From assembly GCA_046563655.1 (NCBI GenBank), contig CM102288.1, forward strand, positions 2,728,001-2,792,000: a stretch of DNA of 64,000 nucleotides, read 5' to 3'. The translations under genes were made by a program, and so were the position numbers. The DNA comes from Yuukianura sp. NJ FZ-2021. Taxonomy: Eukaryota. Position 1 is the stretch's first letter. Each line of letters begins with the position of its first letter. The notes beneath the pieces were generated by a model, which had not been told where the DNA came from, did no database searches, and saw nothing but the letters and a program-made list of their open reading frames with translations. This document shows, one piece after another, positions 11,163 through 24,800 of this stretch.

Positions 11163-14100
11163 CATAAGCAGGTATGCCGAAATTCGAAATTCGACTTTAC
11201 AAAATACATTTAAAACTAAACTAATCAAACCTTAGAATTCAATTTCACACAAAAAATTATACCTCATTCGACTTCGCTCACCTTGGTTTCAGACAAAATG
11301 GTTAGACAACAAATTTTGAAAATTTTGTGAATGGCATGGTAGTTATCAACGCATAACATTTTGCTTCTTTTTTTTACCCCTTTTATCCGCGATTTCAACT
11401 GCTCAGTTGAAAAATTGTGAATTTTAAAATTTTGAAAACTGAAAATACAAGTTTCAACCTATAAGAAGCGTGTGGCATGTTTAAAAATGAGAAAGAGTGA
11501 AAAGGCGGATTGCGTTTATTTCTGAAGTGGTTGAGGCGTAGTCCATCCAAGACATGTCCTTCCTAAGTGGATTGGAACTCTCCTATCTGCTTTTTATAAA
11601 ACTAACCCAACGAAAAAGCATCAAGCCCAAACATAGGCAAAGATAAACTGACTTTCTGCTCCTCGTCCAAATGGAGAGAGAAAGCTCCGCCTGCACTTCG
11701 TCCACTTCTGCTTTCACCATTTCAAATTTAGTTTCTCTGGTCATAGCCTTAACAAGAAATATTGGCACCAACCACACGCACTCCAGCGACTCAAATCTCA
11801 GCGTGACTTTGGGTCATAACCGTTCCATCAGCAACAGCACCAGCAGCGCAACTCTTCTCTTGAAACATCAGTCTCACAACCTTACCAAAATTACTCACAT
11901 TTTCCCTCTGTCCTATCATCCCAAAATGTCAAAGTTTCCTTTTAGTCTTTAGTTTTAGTCTCGCTTTCTCTTAAGGTTAGAGTAAAAAGATAGTAAAAGG
12001 TTCTAGGGCTAATGAGACGCATAGAGCTTTCCACTCTTTAATTTTCATTGCCCAGAAAACAATGGAGAGAGGAAGAGACAAAGGGAAGAGCCAAGAGACC
12101 AAAGCAATCTTTGCGAGGTCTTTGACAATCAAAATCTGATTCAATCCTGGATAGAGTGGAGACTGCGCAGAAGTGTGGCTCAAAAGAAGTCATAAGCCTT
12201 CCATCTGCTGGCTCTTCTTTTCCCACCACCACCACTGACGACGGCGGAGGAGACAAACTTTCTCCTGGGGATTAATTACTAGCCAGGGAAAGAGCAGAGA
12301 CACACGGTCTAAACCTAACCACTCCAGAAGCAGTGTCCTCCGCTCCGATAAACTAATGAAGACCCTCAGCATAGGCTAAATTGAATTCTGAACCAAGGAC
12401 AGACTCTGCTCTGCAAGTTTACAAAATCATACAAGTCACTTCAGAGCTCTTCTGATGGAGTTCATTTTTGAAAGTGCCAAAAATAAAATTCATTGACTTT
12501 CAAAATTTCAAAAGCAAACATTTTCATACGAACACTATATTAGCAGCATCGATCCGACTTTTCGTGACTAACAAAACAAAACTTATTTAGCCTAAATAAC
12601 TTCCAAATTTGTATAAACTAAACGCCGTGCAATTTTTTTAAGCAGCAATTCTACTCGAAATTTGTAGTTGATTTATAGATCACTAAGTTGTTCAATTGTT
12701 GGAAACGTTGTGATTTTTCAAAAGCTTGAATTTAAATTTAGTTAGTCGTTAGCCAAAAGTTTTGTTTTGGTAAATTATTTAGTGCAGAAACTTTGTTAAT
12801 TCTTGGTTTATGTTTCAGTTCATTCCAAAATATTTAGTACCAAGAAACTGCCTCTCTTTTTTCTCCTTCGCAAAGTTTAAAATTTGTTTCTGGAGAATTG
12901 ATGGAATTTGGACAAGAAAAAGAAGCAAAAGGGCAGGGATGAGCAACAGTGTTGTGTTTCTTTCCTTTTTCTAAAAAAGTAGAACTTTCCCATTTCCATT
13001 TACCGAGAGAAAGGAGCTATAACGACCAGGGCAAAGCAGGAAGAAGGCTTTTATAGCTCTATACGTTTTTGTACAGAAAAGGAGAGCAAAGGCACTGAAT
13101 CTCCTGCCCACTTTCACCATGATTCTTCTTTTTTTAGTTTTTGTACAGTAAAACCCTAGCCTTTAGCACAGCAGAGTGAGGGCGAAGAACCTTTCGCTTT
13201 CCTAAAAACCTAAAACCTAAATCTCAGAGTATGGTGGCAGTATTTCTTTTGGGAGGAAAGTTGAGAGGAGTGCGCAGAAGCCGTTTGCGCCGTGTCACTC
13301 TTTACCCTCCTTTCTCTTCATCAAAACCTCTCGGCCTTAGCCGAGCTAGCAACAGTCGACCGATTTTTCACGGCGGAGAAAGTCAGCTTATTTTCCAAGG
13401 CAGCGCGGTTCCTAAATTTCAAATCCGATTTTCAAAGAAGCTGCTTCACGACTTTTTCGAAGAAAAAGAAGCTCTTAAGTGCAAAAGGTAAGCAAAGTTC
13501 TAACTTTTCCACTTCTCTGTTTAGGTTTACATTAGTTTTGCTATGCTAAGGTTTTCTTTTTCGTAGTTTTATGGTAAAGGCTTATTGCCAGTTTTACTTT
13601 CTCCATATGGTAACGTTTGGAAGGTTTAGTTTTTAATTATGCACAAGGACCACGGCTCAAGAGAGGTTCACAATGCAGGAGAAAGGTCTGAGAGCAGAGT
13701 GACTAAATGGACTGTTTAGAATATGAATCCTAAACAAAACGGTTGAGAAGCACTTTGAAGAAATAAGCTTCTGAATAGCCTAACCTAAGAGAAAGTTAGA
13801 GTGAATGGGCAAACAGAAGAGAAAGGGGTCGTTCGAACGAACATTTTCTAAATATTTACGTTCAAATATCATCAAACTTTTACCAAAAACGCACCTTTTG
13901 CCTTTTGATTCATTTACAGAGCTCATGCACTTTAGAATGAAAGCGCTTTCTCTCACTGACCAAACGGCTTGTTTAATAAAGTCCCGCTTTTACTTTAGAT
14001 TAGGTCGTCCTCATGTCCAGCCTATTTAAGGTTATGCTCACTCGACTTAACGAGTAGGTTGAGCGACAAAAAAGCTAGGTTAGGCTGGAAACTGGACATT

Positions 14101-17100
14101 CAGAAATACAAGGTTCGTCTAATTACAACTTTCACTCAAATAAGTGGAACTGAGCTAAAGTTTAATGTGGTTCTTCCCTCACGGATCGTTTAAAACAAGT
14201 CGAATATTGACTTTCACGAAACCAACAAAAAAAAATTCAAGCTTGAACTTTTTCAAGTTTTGTGCAAAAAGTAATAAAATGCAAAATAAAATGTAGTTAA
14301 GTTAGAAGAAAACGAAGAGATTCCATAATTTCATTTTGGAATTTAGCAGGGCGTGGTGATCAGTTTTAGTAAATCAATGCTTAAAAAAAATCAAACCTTT
14401 TCCTTAAGTAAACTTAAAAAAAAAACAGAACTTGTATAAGAAGAAAAGAGTGTTTCACAATGATACGGAGAAAGTTTGAGTTGCAAAAGTTCAAATAATC
14501 TAATATGTTGCTCAAACCTGCACGTAAAAGGAAGTGTTCTACTTTACATTTTTTTCCTTCATTTTTTCAAAAAATTTCAAATTCACAACACGTGGCGGGG
14601 ACAGGAGCCACCAGTTGGTGAGCAGCCCCCAGAGTCATACACCACAACCGCCTTCATTTTCCATAAGCATTTCTCTTTCTTCTTTCTTTGCCCCACCACT
14701 GGCTCCACCACTTACTTCTGGTGGAGCTGTGGTGGTTGTGCCCACTTTAAAGTTAAATAATTTGGATTTTATTGGTAGTACAAGAGAGTGTGTCTTTTGG
14801 AATTAGTATGCAGACGGAAAGGGGTCGTTTTGTGTGAAAGTCCTTCTTCTTCTGCCCTGTTTCTCCCGCCTTTTCAAAATACCTAGGAGTGAATCCATAG
14901 AAAGATCCATAAATCCTGGGACTTGGACCGCCGCTAGCTCTAGGCTTTACGCCGCTAGCTAGTGAGCTAGCGTTCCTGCTGAAGAGAAAGTCACAAGATA
15001 AAAGGAGAAGTTTCAGCGCCTACTACGTCTAAAACGTTAGGTTTCTGGAAAAGGCTGTTTCCTACAATTAGGATTCCACGTAATTGGCTATTCCCTTCCC
15101 TCAATGTCCTTCCAACATCCTGAATTTGATACTTTCCATTTCCCTTGATCCACCCAGCACATGGAAAGACAGAGTATGTTGGATCATCTACTGGGGAAAG
15201 TATACTATGTGGTAAAGGGGGAAACTAAAAAAAGTTAGGTTTAGAAAGAAAGTTCCACACATAACATACCTATCGCTATCAAAAATTCTCTACTTTCTCT
15301 TCCATCGATCTCTTCCACTAACAATCATCCGATCTCTGCTCTTTCTCCTAACTTTTATCTTTTGAAAATTAATAACTGACTACCCAAAATCATTAAAATG
15401 AGGCCCATCAAGTACGAACTAGTGGAGTCAAGAAAAAGCAAAGTTTCAGAAAACTTTGTTTTTCTGTAGAAAAAAAAAGGCAAGCTTCCAGCGGCTTTCG
15501 AACCTACAACTACTAGTACCTAGAAGGTTCCAAGTTCGAGCCAGGAGCAAGTCTGTGAAAGTGGTTTGGCTAGAAGCCTACAACGGTAGGAAGCATATGC
15601 TTTTTAGTCTAAAAGTAAAATGCCGAGAGGAGGAAGGTGCCGTTTCTCGTGTCTTGGAAGAAAGTTTGGGCGACTGTGCATAACAATTAGATTCCAACCT
15701 TAGCCTCTTTCATCTCAAAGGTCAAATCCACACAAACGGAAAAATTATACACACTTCCAGGCTGCCAGCTTTTATTTCTGCCACACCAAGCCGAACTATA
15801 AAGAGGTTAGTAAGGAGAAACATTATTTTACTGAGGTTATTGATGTAGAAAGTCGTAGAACTTTCACCAAGTCTATTTGTAGTAAAATTAGGTTGAATTA
15901 GGAGAGAGTGGATTGGATTGACACTTTTTAGACACGTTCAAATTACAATTTAAGTTTCTCAAACGGAATTTCAAACTTTCACTGTATGTTTTCCATGTGA
16001 CTAGAGTGAAGTCTACACAGAAGGAAACGCTTTTCCAAACATACGGTTAAATCCCAAGGCAAACAAATTTTACAACAGAGAATCCAGGACTAACGTTAAG
16101 TTACGAAAACCCAATGCAAAAGATTTAATCTACTCCGACCCAAGAGGAGAAAGTTTTGCAACTTTTCTACTTTTCCAGTAAAATTAGTTTTAAAAAAGCC
16201 AAAAAACAAAAAATACAACATTCGTCACTTCGTTTTGTGTGGAAAAAATGGAATAACTGTACAGTCAAAAATAATTTAAAAAAAATTTCTAAATCACTCG
16301 TTTCGAAATGTAAGTTTAATTTTTAAATTTAAGGATTCAAGCAAGTTACGGTTTGCATAGTATACCAAATCCCTAAAAGTGTTGTAAATCATTTCTTTTA
16401 AATTTAAAAGTTGACCTTTGACCTCTCCCTAGCTAAAAGTGATTTGTGGCGTTATTAAAAATGAGTTTTGCGGGTTTTGAAAAGACGGCAGAGAGCAAGG
16501 AGAGTTGATCGGGGTTAATCATTTGAGACAACAGATTTCGTGTAACCCGCCAAAAAAGAAAGTCAAGAAAAAACGGCCGTTTCACAGCACCCAAAGCACA
16601 GCCGACACCCCGGCGCCTCGTTTCTTCATAAAAATCGCCTCTTTTTTCCCTTGCCCAGCCCACGCTTTAGGAGAAACCCGCTTTCTCCTTCCATAAACCC
16701 ACCAAATGGATCTGGACTTTCTCCGCTTCTTGCCAGGGAAATTCAAAAGGTCAATTCCTCCCGCTCCCTACAATTAAAACATGTAAGGCAATGGTAGTTC
16801 TGGAGAAAACTAGCAGAGGAAAAAGAGAAAGTCGGCTGGTGGTCAAGCTCTGACCATAGCCATCTGGACTCTTAGGAGAAAACATGCTTAACGCATTAGG
16901 CTTTTTACACAATGAAGTCCATCTTCTACAATTTTTTGGCAGCAGACGGAAGGAGAGAGATGAACCTTGTTCTTCCTCTGAAGAGGCAAAGCAACAAGCC
17001 TAACTGCTGGTCGTGGAGGAGCTTTTGGTTCAACCAAGGAAGAAAGTCTGGCGGTTCGTGGTGGAAGTGGAGCCTTCGGAATCGATTTTTTGGCTTCCTT

Positions 17101-17431
17101 GTGACTCAGACGGGGGAAAGTTGGCGGAGAAAGCCGAGAGCGGGTAGGGCTGGGAGCGGAAGACAATAATGGTGGATCGATCCACTATTCAAATTTGGAG
17201 ACTAAAGCTATACCTGTATCCTCCCTTAAGTGTACTACCTGGACGAACAGGGACCAATTAAGGCCCTTTTCACTTTGAAATCAAATCAGATCCAAGTGAT
17301 TCTATAGGTTCCATTCAACCTGGGTCAGACGAAGGGCGGAAGGGAGCGGAGAAAGCAGTTGCTACTGTTTCCTCCTGTTCCCTTCACTTCCGGATGTGAA
17401 ACGGTGTATAACTTTAAGGTAGGGTTCGAAC

Positions 17432-18100
17432 CGAAGCACGCCATTACATCGAAAAAAAGACATCGACACAAAAGACATCGACACGAAAGACATCGACCCA
17501 AAAGACATCGACAATAGAAATACATCGACAATGAAACACATCGACAAAAAAGACATCGACCAAAAAGACATCGACAATAGAAATACGTCGACAACGAAAC
17601 ACATCGACACAAAAGACATCGACAGAAATTTTATTTTTTATACCAGGAAGTGAAATTTCGTATTCTTCTTCAAATTTTGAAAAAAAAAATATGTCTGGCA
17701 ATACTGATGACGTATGGCTAGCTTAGCTTGCGGTACCGCGCCGAAGGCGCGGCGTTAGGTTTGGTAAAGCACGCCATAGTGATTACGTCGGTAGGGTCAC
17801 TTGTTAGGTCTGGCTTAGGTGGACTTTTCAAAATTTTACTAGTGTTTTTTTCACTTAGGTTACGTAAACTTCCTTGTTTATTTAATTATACGGATTATCT
17901 CCCTTGTGTCAATGTGTTTTCATTGTCGATGTCTTTTGTGTCGATGTGTTTCTATTGTCGATGTCTTTTTGGTCGATGTCTTTTTTGTCGATGTGTTTCA
18001 TTGTCGATGTGTTTCTATTGTCGATGTCTTTCGTGTCGATGTCTTTTGTGTCGATGTCTTTCGTTTCGATGTCTTTTTTTCGATGTATTGGCATGGACCC
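17432..18100. mobile_element. Foldback-type non-autonomous DNA transposon, 669 bp, with inverted minisatellite arms
   Basis: Left arm (~17446-17623) has ~11 units of 15-17 bp like AAAAGACATCGAC. Right arm (~17907-18086) is the reverse complement. Imperfect termini cgaagcacgccattacatcg versus rc gggtccatgccaatacatcg. GTTCGAAC flanks both sides (17424-17431, 18101-18108). Confidence 0.85.
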
Positions 18101-18793
18101 GTTCGAACTGGCAAAGAAACCGAAACGGCACTAAAACCGGTTCGAATGCCGGTTGTTTAAATCTAAATTTTCAGCCTTTATTGTAACTACTGTTACAACA
18201 GATTACTCGAAACGATACCTTGTATTTGGGTTTTCGAAATTTACAAACCGTTTTGGTAGGCTGAAAAAAATTTCTGTACAGAAAGTGAAAGTTGCAGGTA
18301 TGTCGTATTACTTACACAAAGCCGGTGCAAAGCGACATTTTCATTTTCTTTTCTCTTCGGTATTTTCTACTTCGACTCATAGTGAGTTACTCACCTCATA
18401 AAAAACGTGCATTCTTTCGGCTTGTTTTCAAAACTTTTAAAATTCGGGGACACTAGTGAGAATATAGACGGGGAGAGAGAAGTTTTGAAATTTAGGAAGA
18501 ACTAAAACCTGGTTCCGAATAAGATCCGCCCGGAGATTGAAAAACATAATGAAAAAAATGGGAAGAAGTGAAAGTTGACTATTGAATAAAATCGGTGTTC
18601 GGTGAAAGCTGCAAACTCAGCACCTTTTCCCATCTCTATCATCTTTCAAATCAAAATTTCGGAATTCTACTCTTCTTTTCTTGTAATTACTTTTACGTTC
18701 TCTCTTTTCTATTTTTTGAAGAGTCGAACAGAAACATTACCATTCTGCGTATTTTTCGAATATTGCTGCTCATCACACACAAAATTTCAACTG

Positions 18794-18883
18794 GCATCTA
18801 CATATATCCAAAATTTTGAAACCGCATACACAAACTTTTAAAAATTGGAAAACGCATCTACATATTTCCAAAATTTCGAAACG
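18794..18883. repeat. Degenerate 30-bp tandem repeat, 3 copies
   Basis: gcatctacatatatccaaaattttgaaacc / gcatacacaaacttttaaaaattggaaaac / gcatctacatatttccaaaatttcgaaacg. Confidence 0.7.
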
Positions 18884-21800
18884 GTTAACATGAACCAAAA
18901 AAACTGAGAGGTCCATGACCTCATCATCTCTTTAACCCAACTCAGACATAAGCTATAGCTAAACCAATTGACTCAAATTGGTAAACGAAGTTAGGCTAAC
19001 CTAAAAAATTAGCTAAATCGTTAAGTTGTATGTGAAATTCTCCTAAATTGAACCTTATGGACACTTTAAGCTTACTCTGAAAGTTAGGTTCAGAAGTAGA
19101 GCTTCCTTAATGTTCTTCACGTGGAAGAAATTGTCGTTGATGATTTTATTGTTTTGAAGGATTTAGTAATTTGTGTCTGAAGGTAGAAGTAGGGAGAAAG
19201 TGCGCCCCATTAGCCATCTGAGGTTTCTCCAATCCCCTGATTGGACATTTGAGTCCATTTCCATACTTCCACAAAATAACCTAACCAACCTGGTCTATTT
19301 AACTCTCCATTTTATGAGCTCCTCTTCCTTCCTTCCAATTTCTCTAATTGAAAACACGGATTCCTTACTACCTCTCCCAGTTTAACTTTATCCAAAAAAT
19401 GATACTTTTCAAACACTTTTTTTGAAAAGAGAAGAAAACCTGTTAAACACATTAAAATTTCATTTCTCAATAATTGAATAGTCGAGTCCCGGGAGACTAG
19501 AAAACTTTTTATACTACTAGCCTAACGTAGCCTAAACACATGGGATTGGAGAAGAAAGGAAAGTCCTTTGACAAAGGAAATAAATTAGTTCACAAAACTT
19601 TCTCCAAGGAGCCTTTCTCCCTTAAACTCCCTTCTTCCCACAAACTCTGACCAAGGAAGAAGAAAAAGGCGGCAGTTTCTTATTATTCCATTTCGAACTG
19701 ACCATGGAGTCAGTCGGTTCCGTTTTTTCATTTAGAAAAAGAAAAAAAACGGAAAAGGAATGAGTTGGAAACACAGTACGAAAAAAAGAATTGAAAAAAA
19801 GTGTCCAGTGGTTTCCGAAAAAGGAAAAAAAGAGAAAGGAACAAATAAGTTTGGCCGTCGCATTTTTTAAGAGTGAAAGTGTGTGTTATTATGAATTTTT
19901 AAAGGAGTCCATGTCCTCTCTGCCCATCGATCCGATTTCACTCCTCGTTTTTTTCTGTTCATAGTTACTCCCTCTTACTACTGCTTTCTCCCGCCAGAAA
20001 AGACTTTGAAAGCTGTGTGTTAGGTTCAGTTGAAGAGAGGAAAAGGTGCGGCCCTAAGCCTTTACACTTTTTTTCCTTTGCGTGACGACAAATGATGCAC
20101 TAATTCTATTTATCGATTATTGAATTGACCTCGAGTAAGCCTTTAGCTTAACAAAAACTTTCTCGTTTTTCGAGACAAAGCGAACAGGCGAGCTTCAAAT
20201 CTTGCTTTCTCCCCGCCCCCTTCCCTAACTACTTTGTTATTCCAGAAACACTAAAAGTGTACATGCCAATTACAATTAACTTTAACGTAAGTGGTAGTTT
20301 TACACCAATTGGAAAAATACAAACAAAATATCAAAAGAAAATTATCGCTTACCAAAGTTTCAATGAACAATTATTTGTCATCCCATAATGATCACTTTCG
20401 GTCAACATCTTCCCACTTAAGTCATGAACCTGAATTTAAAACAGAAACGATAGAAATTGAGCTTTTTAATTTTAATACAACTTATTCTAAACAAATATTT
20501 TTAAAATTTCACTTACGAAATCAAATTTCGGAAATGTGGCAGAAACATTTTTGGAAAGCTGGGTACGGTAGGTTCTTGAGTTGCTAAAATTATAAGAAAA
20601 ATAAAACATTTTAGTCACAGGAATAACAATCGAGTGAGATTCTGGAATTTGAGTGCATAGAGTCACTGACCTGGAGTTCGGTGACCTTTGACCTCTTCAA
20701 AAGTTAATCATTTTGAAAATAACTTTGTTGTTATTGTTAAAGACGGTTATAACGACAATCTCTCCAAGATGATCGTTTCTCATGGAAGCGTTCATCCGCA
20801 GAAAGGAGGAGAGCGTGTCTGTGTCTCCATAGTTTCCAGCATCTCATTTCCATTTGTTGGCTAGGTTTATTCCAAGCGGCAGTGCTTCTTCTCGAGAAGA
20901 GTCCTTTGTCCGTGTCACTCTAGGGTTTCCTTATTCTGCCTTCGAATTAATGAAGTAGGAAGTGAAGCCGAGATGATGATGACGGGCCGGAGGATGAGAC
21001 ATTTGTCAATGCAAAGAGGTTCTCAGATGCTGGAGATTTTGCCCCGCCCCCTTTGATCTTCTAACGCTGTCATCATAGAGCTTTCGTTCATCATCATCAT
21101 CTTCTTCTTTTCTAAAACATATTAGACTTCCAAATGATACACACAACAACAGTTAAGGCACACAAAAGTTAGGTCTAGACTGTATTTTGAGTCCGGAAGG
21201 CCGGATAAGGATCATGTTCTCACTTAGCATTGCTAATTCCACCGCCCACCCTCCCTCCTTCCGTCAAATGTTCAATGACCCTTGACCCGTGCTACGGCTG
21301 GAAATTGAACTTTTTGAGAATAGGTGAGGGCGTGGGTCACTTCCGGTGGCACTCCGCCCTGATGCTTCCACCAAGTATTCTGATGCTGCTGGCGAGGGCG
21401 GTGCTCCCTCAACTATTGTTTTCGTCATTCCTCTCTGTCAAAACCAGGAGAAGAGAGAAACTTAAAACTTGAGTTTGTCATCTGCCCAAATTATGATTAC
21501 TATTCATAGGGGCTCCAGCGTCCTGGAAAACAAAAGAGAAATGGGCCAAGTCAAGTTCAGGTTAGGTTAGCACTGGAAGGACTTACAGAGCTGGAACCAG
21601 CTCTTCCAGTGTACTTCACTTTAGATTTCCAAGGAAAGGTTAGAAGACTGGAGTGGTCCAAAGTGAACAGGAAATTTATGGAGAACTTTCCATTTCTAAG
21701 GTTACGAGAGAGTTGGAGCAAAAGGCGAAGCTCAATTTGTGTTTTTAGGAGACAGGAGGAAGAGAGGGCACTTCACCACAGAAAACCGTCAGCACTTGAG

Positions 21801-24800
21801 CAACCCTGTCTTTGCCTTTCCGAGAAAGTTTTCAACGCAAAAGAGACAGCGACAGCGATGGCAGCGGTTAGGTTCGTAGAAGGTAGTCCAAATCTAGAAG
21901 AAGAGACAAGAAAGTTATGAATTTTTCAACAATTCAAAATTATACGACGACTTTACTCCAATAAAACTCAAATTCAATAACAAAATGGAAAACAAATAAC
22001 TTTGGGCAGATGGAGAGAGGGAGAGAACGTGTAAACGATTTGGAACCTGCTTTCTCTTGATAGTACACTACGCACTACGACATTATTCAGAAAAAAAGTT
22101 GCCAAATTTTGTTCATATTTTTTTTCGAAAATATTTAACGAGTTTTTTGTACCACGGTAGTAGAGAAATTTTACACAAACTTTTTATCTTCTTGAATTTC
22201 AAGTGAAAGCACGCGCGACTTTGATCGCTTAATCGAAAATAACCTTCAAAAAGTAAAAAAAAATCCTGCTACAAGAAGTGAAAATTCAGAAAATTAAAAT
22301 TGAATTCAGACAACTGAAGCCCACAAAATAGCGGTAAACCATAAAAACAATTTTTCCGATTTCTAAAAAAAAAGAACGAAAATACGAAGGGTGCGGGTGT
22401 CAGGATTTTTGTACCAGTAAAATCGTACAAGCTTAAATTTTTAAAGTAGAAAAATCGATTTCAGGATGACTTGTTACAAAAAAATAGAACAGAAACTTAA
22501 ATGAAATTTCTGGACACAACTGCCAGTGGCTAGCCACCAGAACTAAATAACTTTGAAGTGGACTTTTACATTTTGAGTGGTTGATGAAAATGTGAAGGGA
22601 GAAAGCAGAGGGAAAGTTTGAATATTTCCAAAATAAAAATTGAAGGGAATGGAGCATTCATTGTGCTTCGATAAATTCGGGCCCAACTTTCTCCGAAAGA
22701 AAAACTAGCCTTCACTGCAGCAACTCTTTGGTTCTTAACTTTCTCCGGTTTAAAAAGAAAAGAAAAGTGAAAACCTTGTACTAAAAAGTTGTTCTCACCC
22801 TGTAGAATCTGGAGGCATTAGAAAATATGGCTCCATGAGCCTAATCCACACTCCCATTTCAATCTCCGGTTCAATTCGTGTTCTCCTTTCCGTCTTTCTG
22901 CTTCGGCTGGCTCCGCTGCTGCTTCATGCTGTACAGGAAGGGAAGGAAACTCTTGAGAATTTCCCAGTGACAGTTCTTATTTGGGCGTGTTATGGGCGAG
23001 AGAGACGCAGAGGGAAAGTTTTGAGTTATGAATAAATTCTGTAAGGTTGAATTCCTTGGATTTCTGCATAGCGTAGGCTTTTCTGCTTCTGAATAGGAAG
23101 AGAAAGCAGAGGGGTCCTTCTGACTCTGCTGTATCCATGGTAGTCCAAGTTAGTAGGCACTTTATTTCCACTGCCTTTCTCCATTCCACTTGAGGTCAGT
23201 TGTAACTTTGAAGCCACCAGAATCCACCAGTCCCACCACCACCATACATAGTGTCGAGAGTCTTTGCGGCTCAAATGAAAGTCTATTGGAAATCGATCTC
23301 CAAAAAGCCACAGAAGAAGAATCCCTCTACTCCATAATAATCAATCCAGGCTGCTCTGGTCTCTGGTCGCACCAAATTTTGACCAAAAATGTCGTTCCTG
23401 AAATCCATCAAAAAAATTTTTTAGCGTAAACCTGAACGTTGAATTGAAAAAAAAGTTCAAGATCAATGATCGAAGTTTTTCGTTTTGGTGATACAGAATT
23501 ACAAAATTTGCTACTTTCACTTGCCATTTTGAAATTTTTGTAACTCATTGATCATTTCTGAAATTAGGCGGTTGAAGACTGAGAGAAGGAAGGTGCGGAC
23601 GTTGACTGCGTGCTGAGGTCATAGGAAACGAAGGTTTTGCCTTGTTAGGTCTGTGTTGCGTAGGATATGAAGATCCTTCCTTTGTAGTTCATCATCTTCT
23701 AGTTTTTTCATCTTCAAAATCCAACTGATTTCCTCTTGGTTATGTTTCCTCTGTGCCTCCTTCCTACTAAAGTAAAAGTCTCCTTGAGACCAATCCAATT
23801 TCCAATTTTTCTTTTCAGTCTTTTGTCATTCACAAAGGAGCTTCCCTTTTCCTTACTTCCATGGATCCATTGAATCACAAAAGAGATTTCCCTAATAATC
23901 AACTCACGGCCAAGGAACACGATGGTGGTGGTTGGTGATTGTACGCAGTGCGCAAGTCGTGCTTTCTCTGCAATTTAAAAAAAAATCAGTGTAAAAAGCA
24001 ATTTTAATTTTTAATGTTAACAAAAGTTCAGTTTTTTTTAGTTTAAGTTCCACGCCGATTGGAAAATTCCTAATTTTTAAACTTCCAAAAAATTTACCGG
24101 CGGTCAAAGTTAATTTTAATTTGCAAATCTTGAAACTAGAATTTCTGAAAAATGTTTTACAACGCTCATATTTTTTTTTCTCATTTTTTGGTTTGTTTAC
24201 CTCATTTCGAATTTCGAAATTCGAAACATGGAAATGCAGAATGCAGAGTAAAAATTGCAAAGATGGTTTCATTTTTTTCCGTGTCGCGCATTTTTTTTTT
24301 CTTGTCCAAAGTTCTTTTTTTTCTTAGGTTGTTGCTCCTTCGTTTGGTCTTTAGGTTTTGGGTTCTTCTTAAATCCATTTTGGCCGTTTTTCTTTTTCAC
24401 TCCTGCTGTTCTGTTAAGTTGTTTGGCGAATATGTGGGAGCTAGGCTGGTCGTTATAGGGCGAAGCTAGGTTCGTCGATTCCAAAAAAGCTTTATAACAA
24501 GGTTTTAAGTTGGTCGTGGACTGGTGTGGTTCTTGTTGTCGTCCGTCGTTACGTGGGAGGAAGAAGAGGGTTTGGGCGGAAGTGGGGTATACGGTCTGTT
24601 CTGCCTCCAAAAAAGTGCCAGGCGGACTTCTAGGTTTCGACCAAAAGCTTCAAGGAGAACTAAAAGCAGAAACAGAACAGAAACTTCAGAAGACTTCAGT
24701 TGAAACGGAGAATCCAAAGCTGCAACTCATCTTTTTTAGACGCTCCCATCTTTTGTAACGTATCTTCACGGTTTTCCAATCAGTGCTTGAATTTTTTTCA

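Noticed and set aside
10495..11228. Four short ORFs at the MITE ends
   Set aside because: They derive from GC-rich subterminal repeats and have no transposase motifs.
17244..17254. CGAACAGGGAC resembling part of a tRNA-Lys primer-binding site
   Set aside because: It lacks the TGGCGCC start and has no adjacent LTR, so it is probably chance.
17446..18086. Regular repeats resembling a CRISPR array, and overlapping repetitive ORFs (VDVF, CRCL, SMSF)
   Set aside because: Units are 15-17 bp and contiguous, with no unique spacers or cas genes, in a eukaryotic context. The ORFs are by-products of a stop-free minisatellite.
23904..24758. Dense overlapping ORFs on both strands (also 57737-58824)
   Set aside because: Phe/Lys-rich translations reflect poly-A/T tracts, with no recognisable protein.
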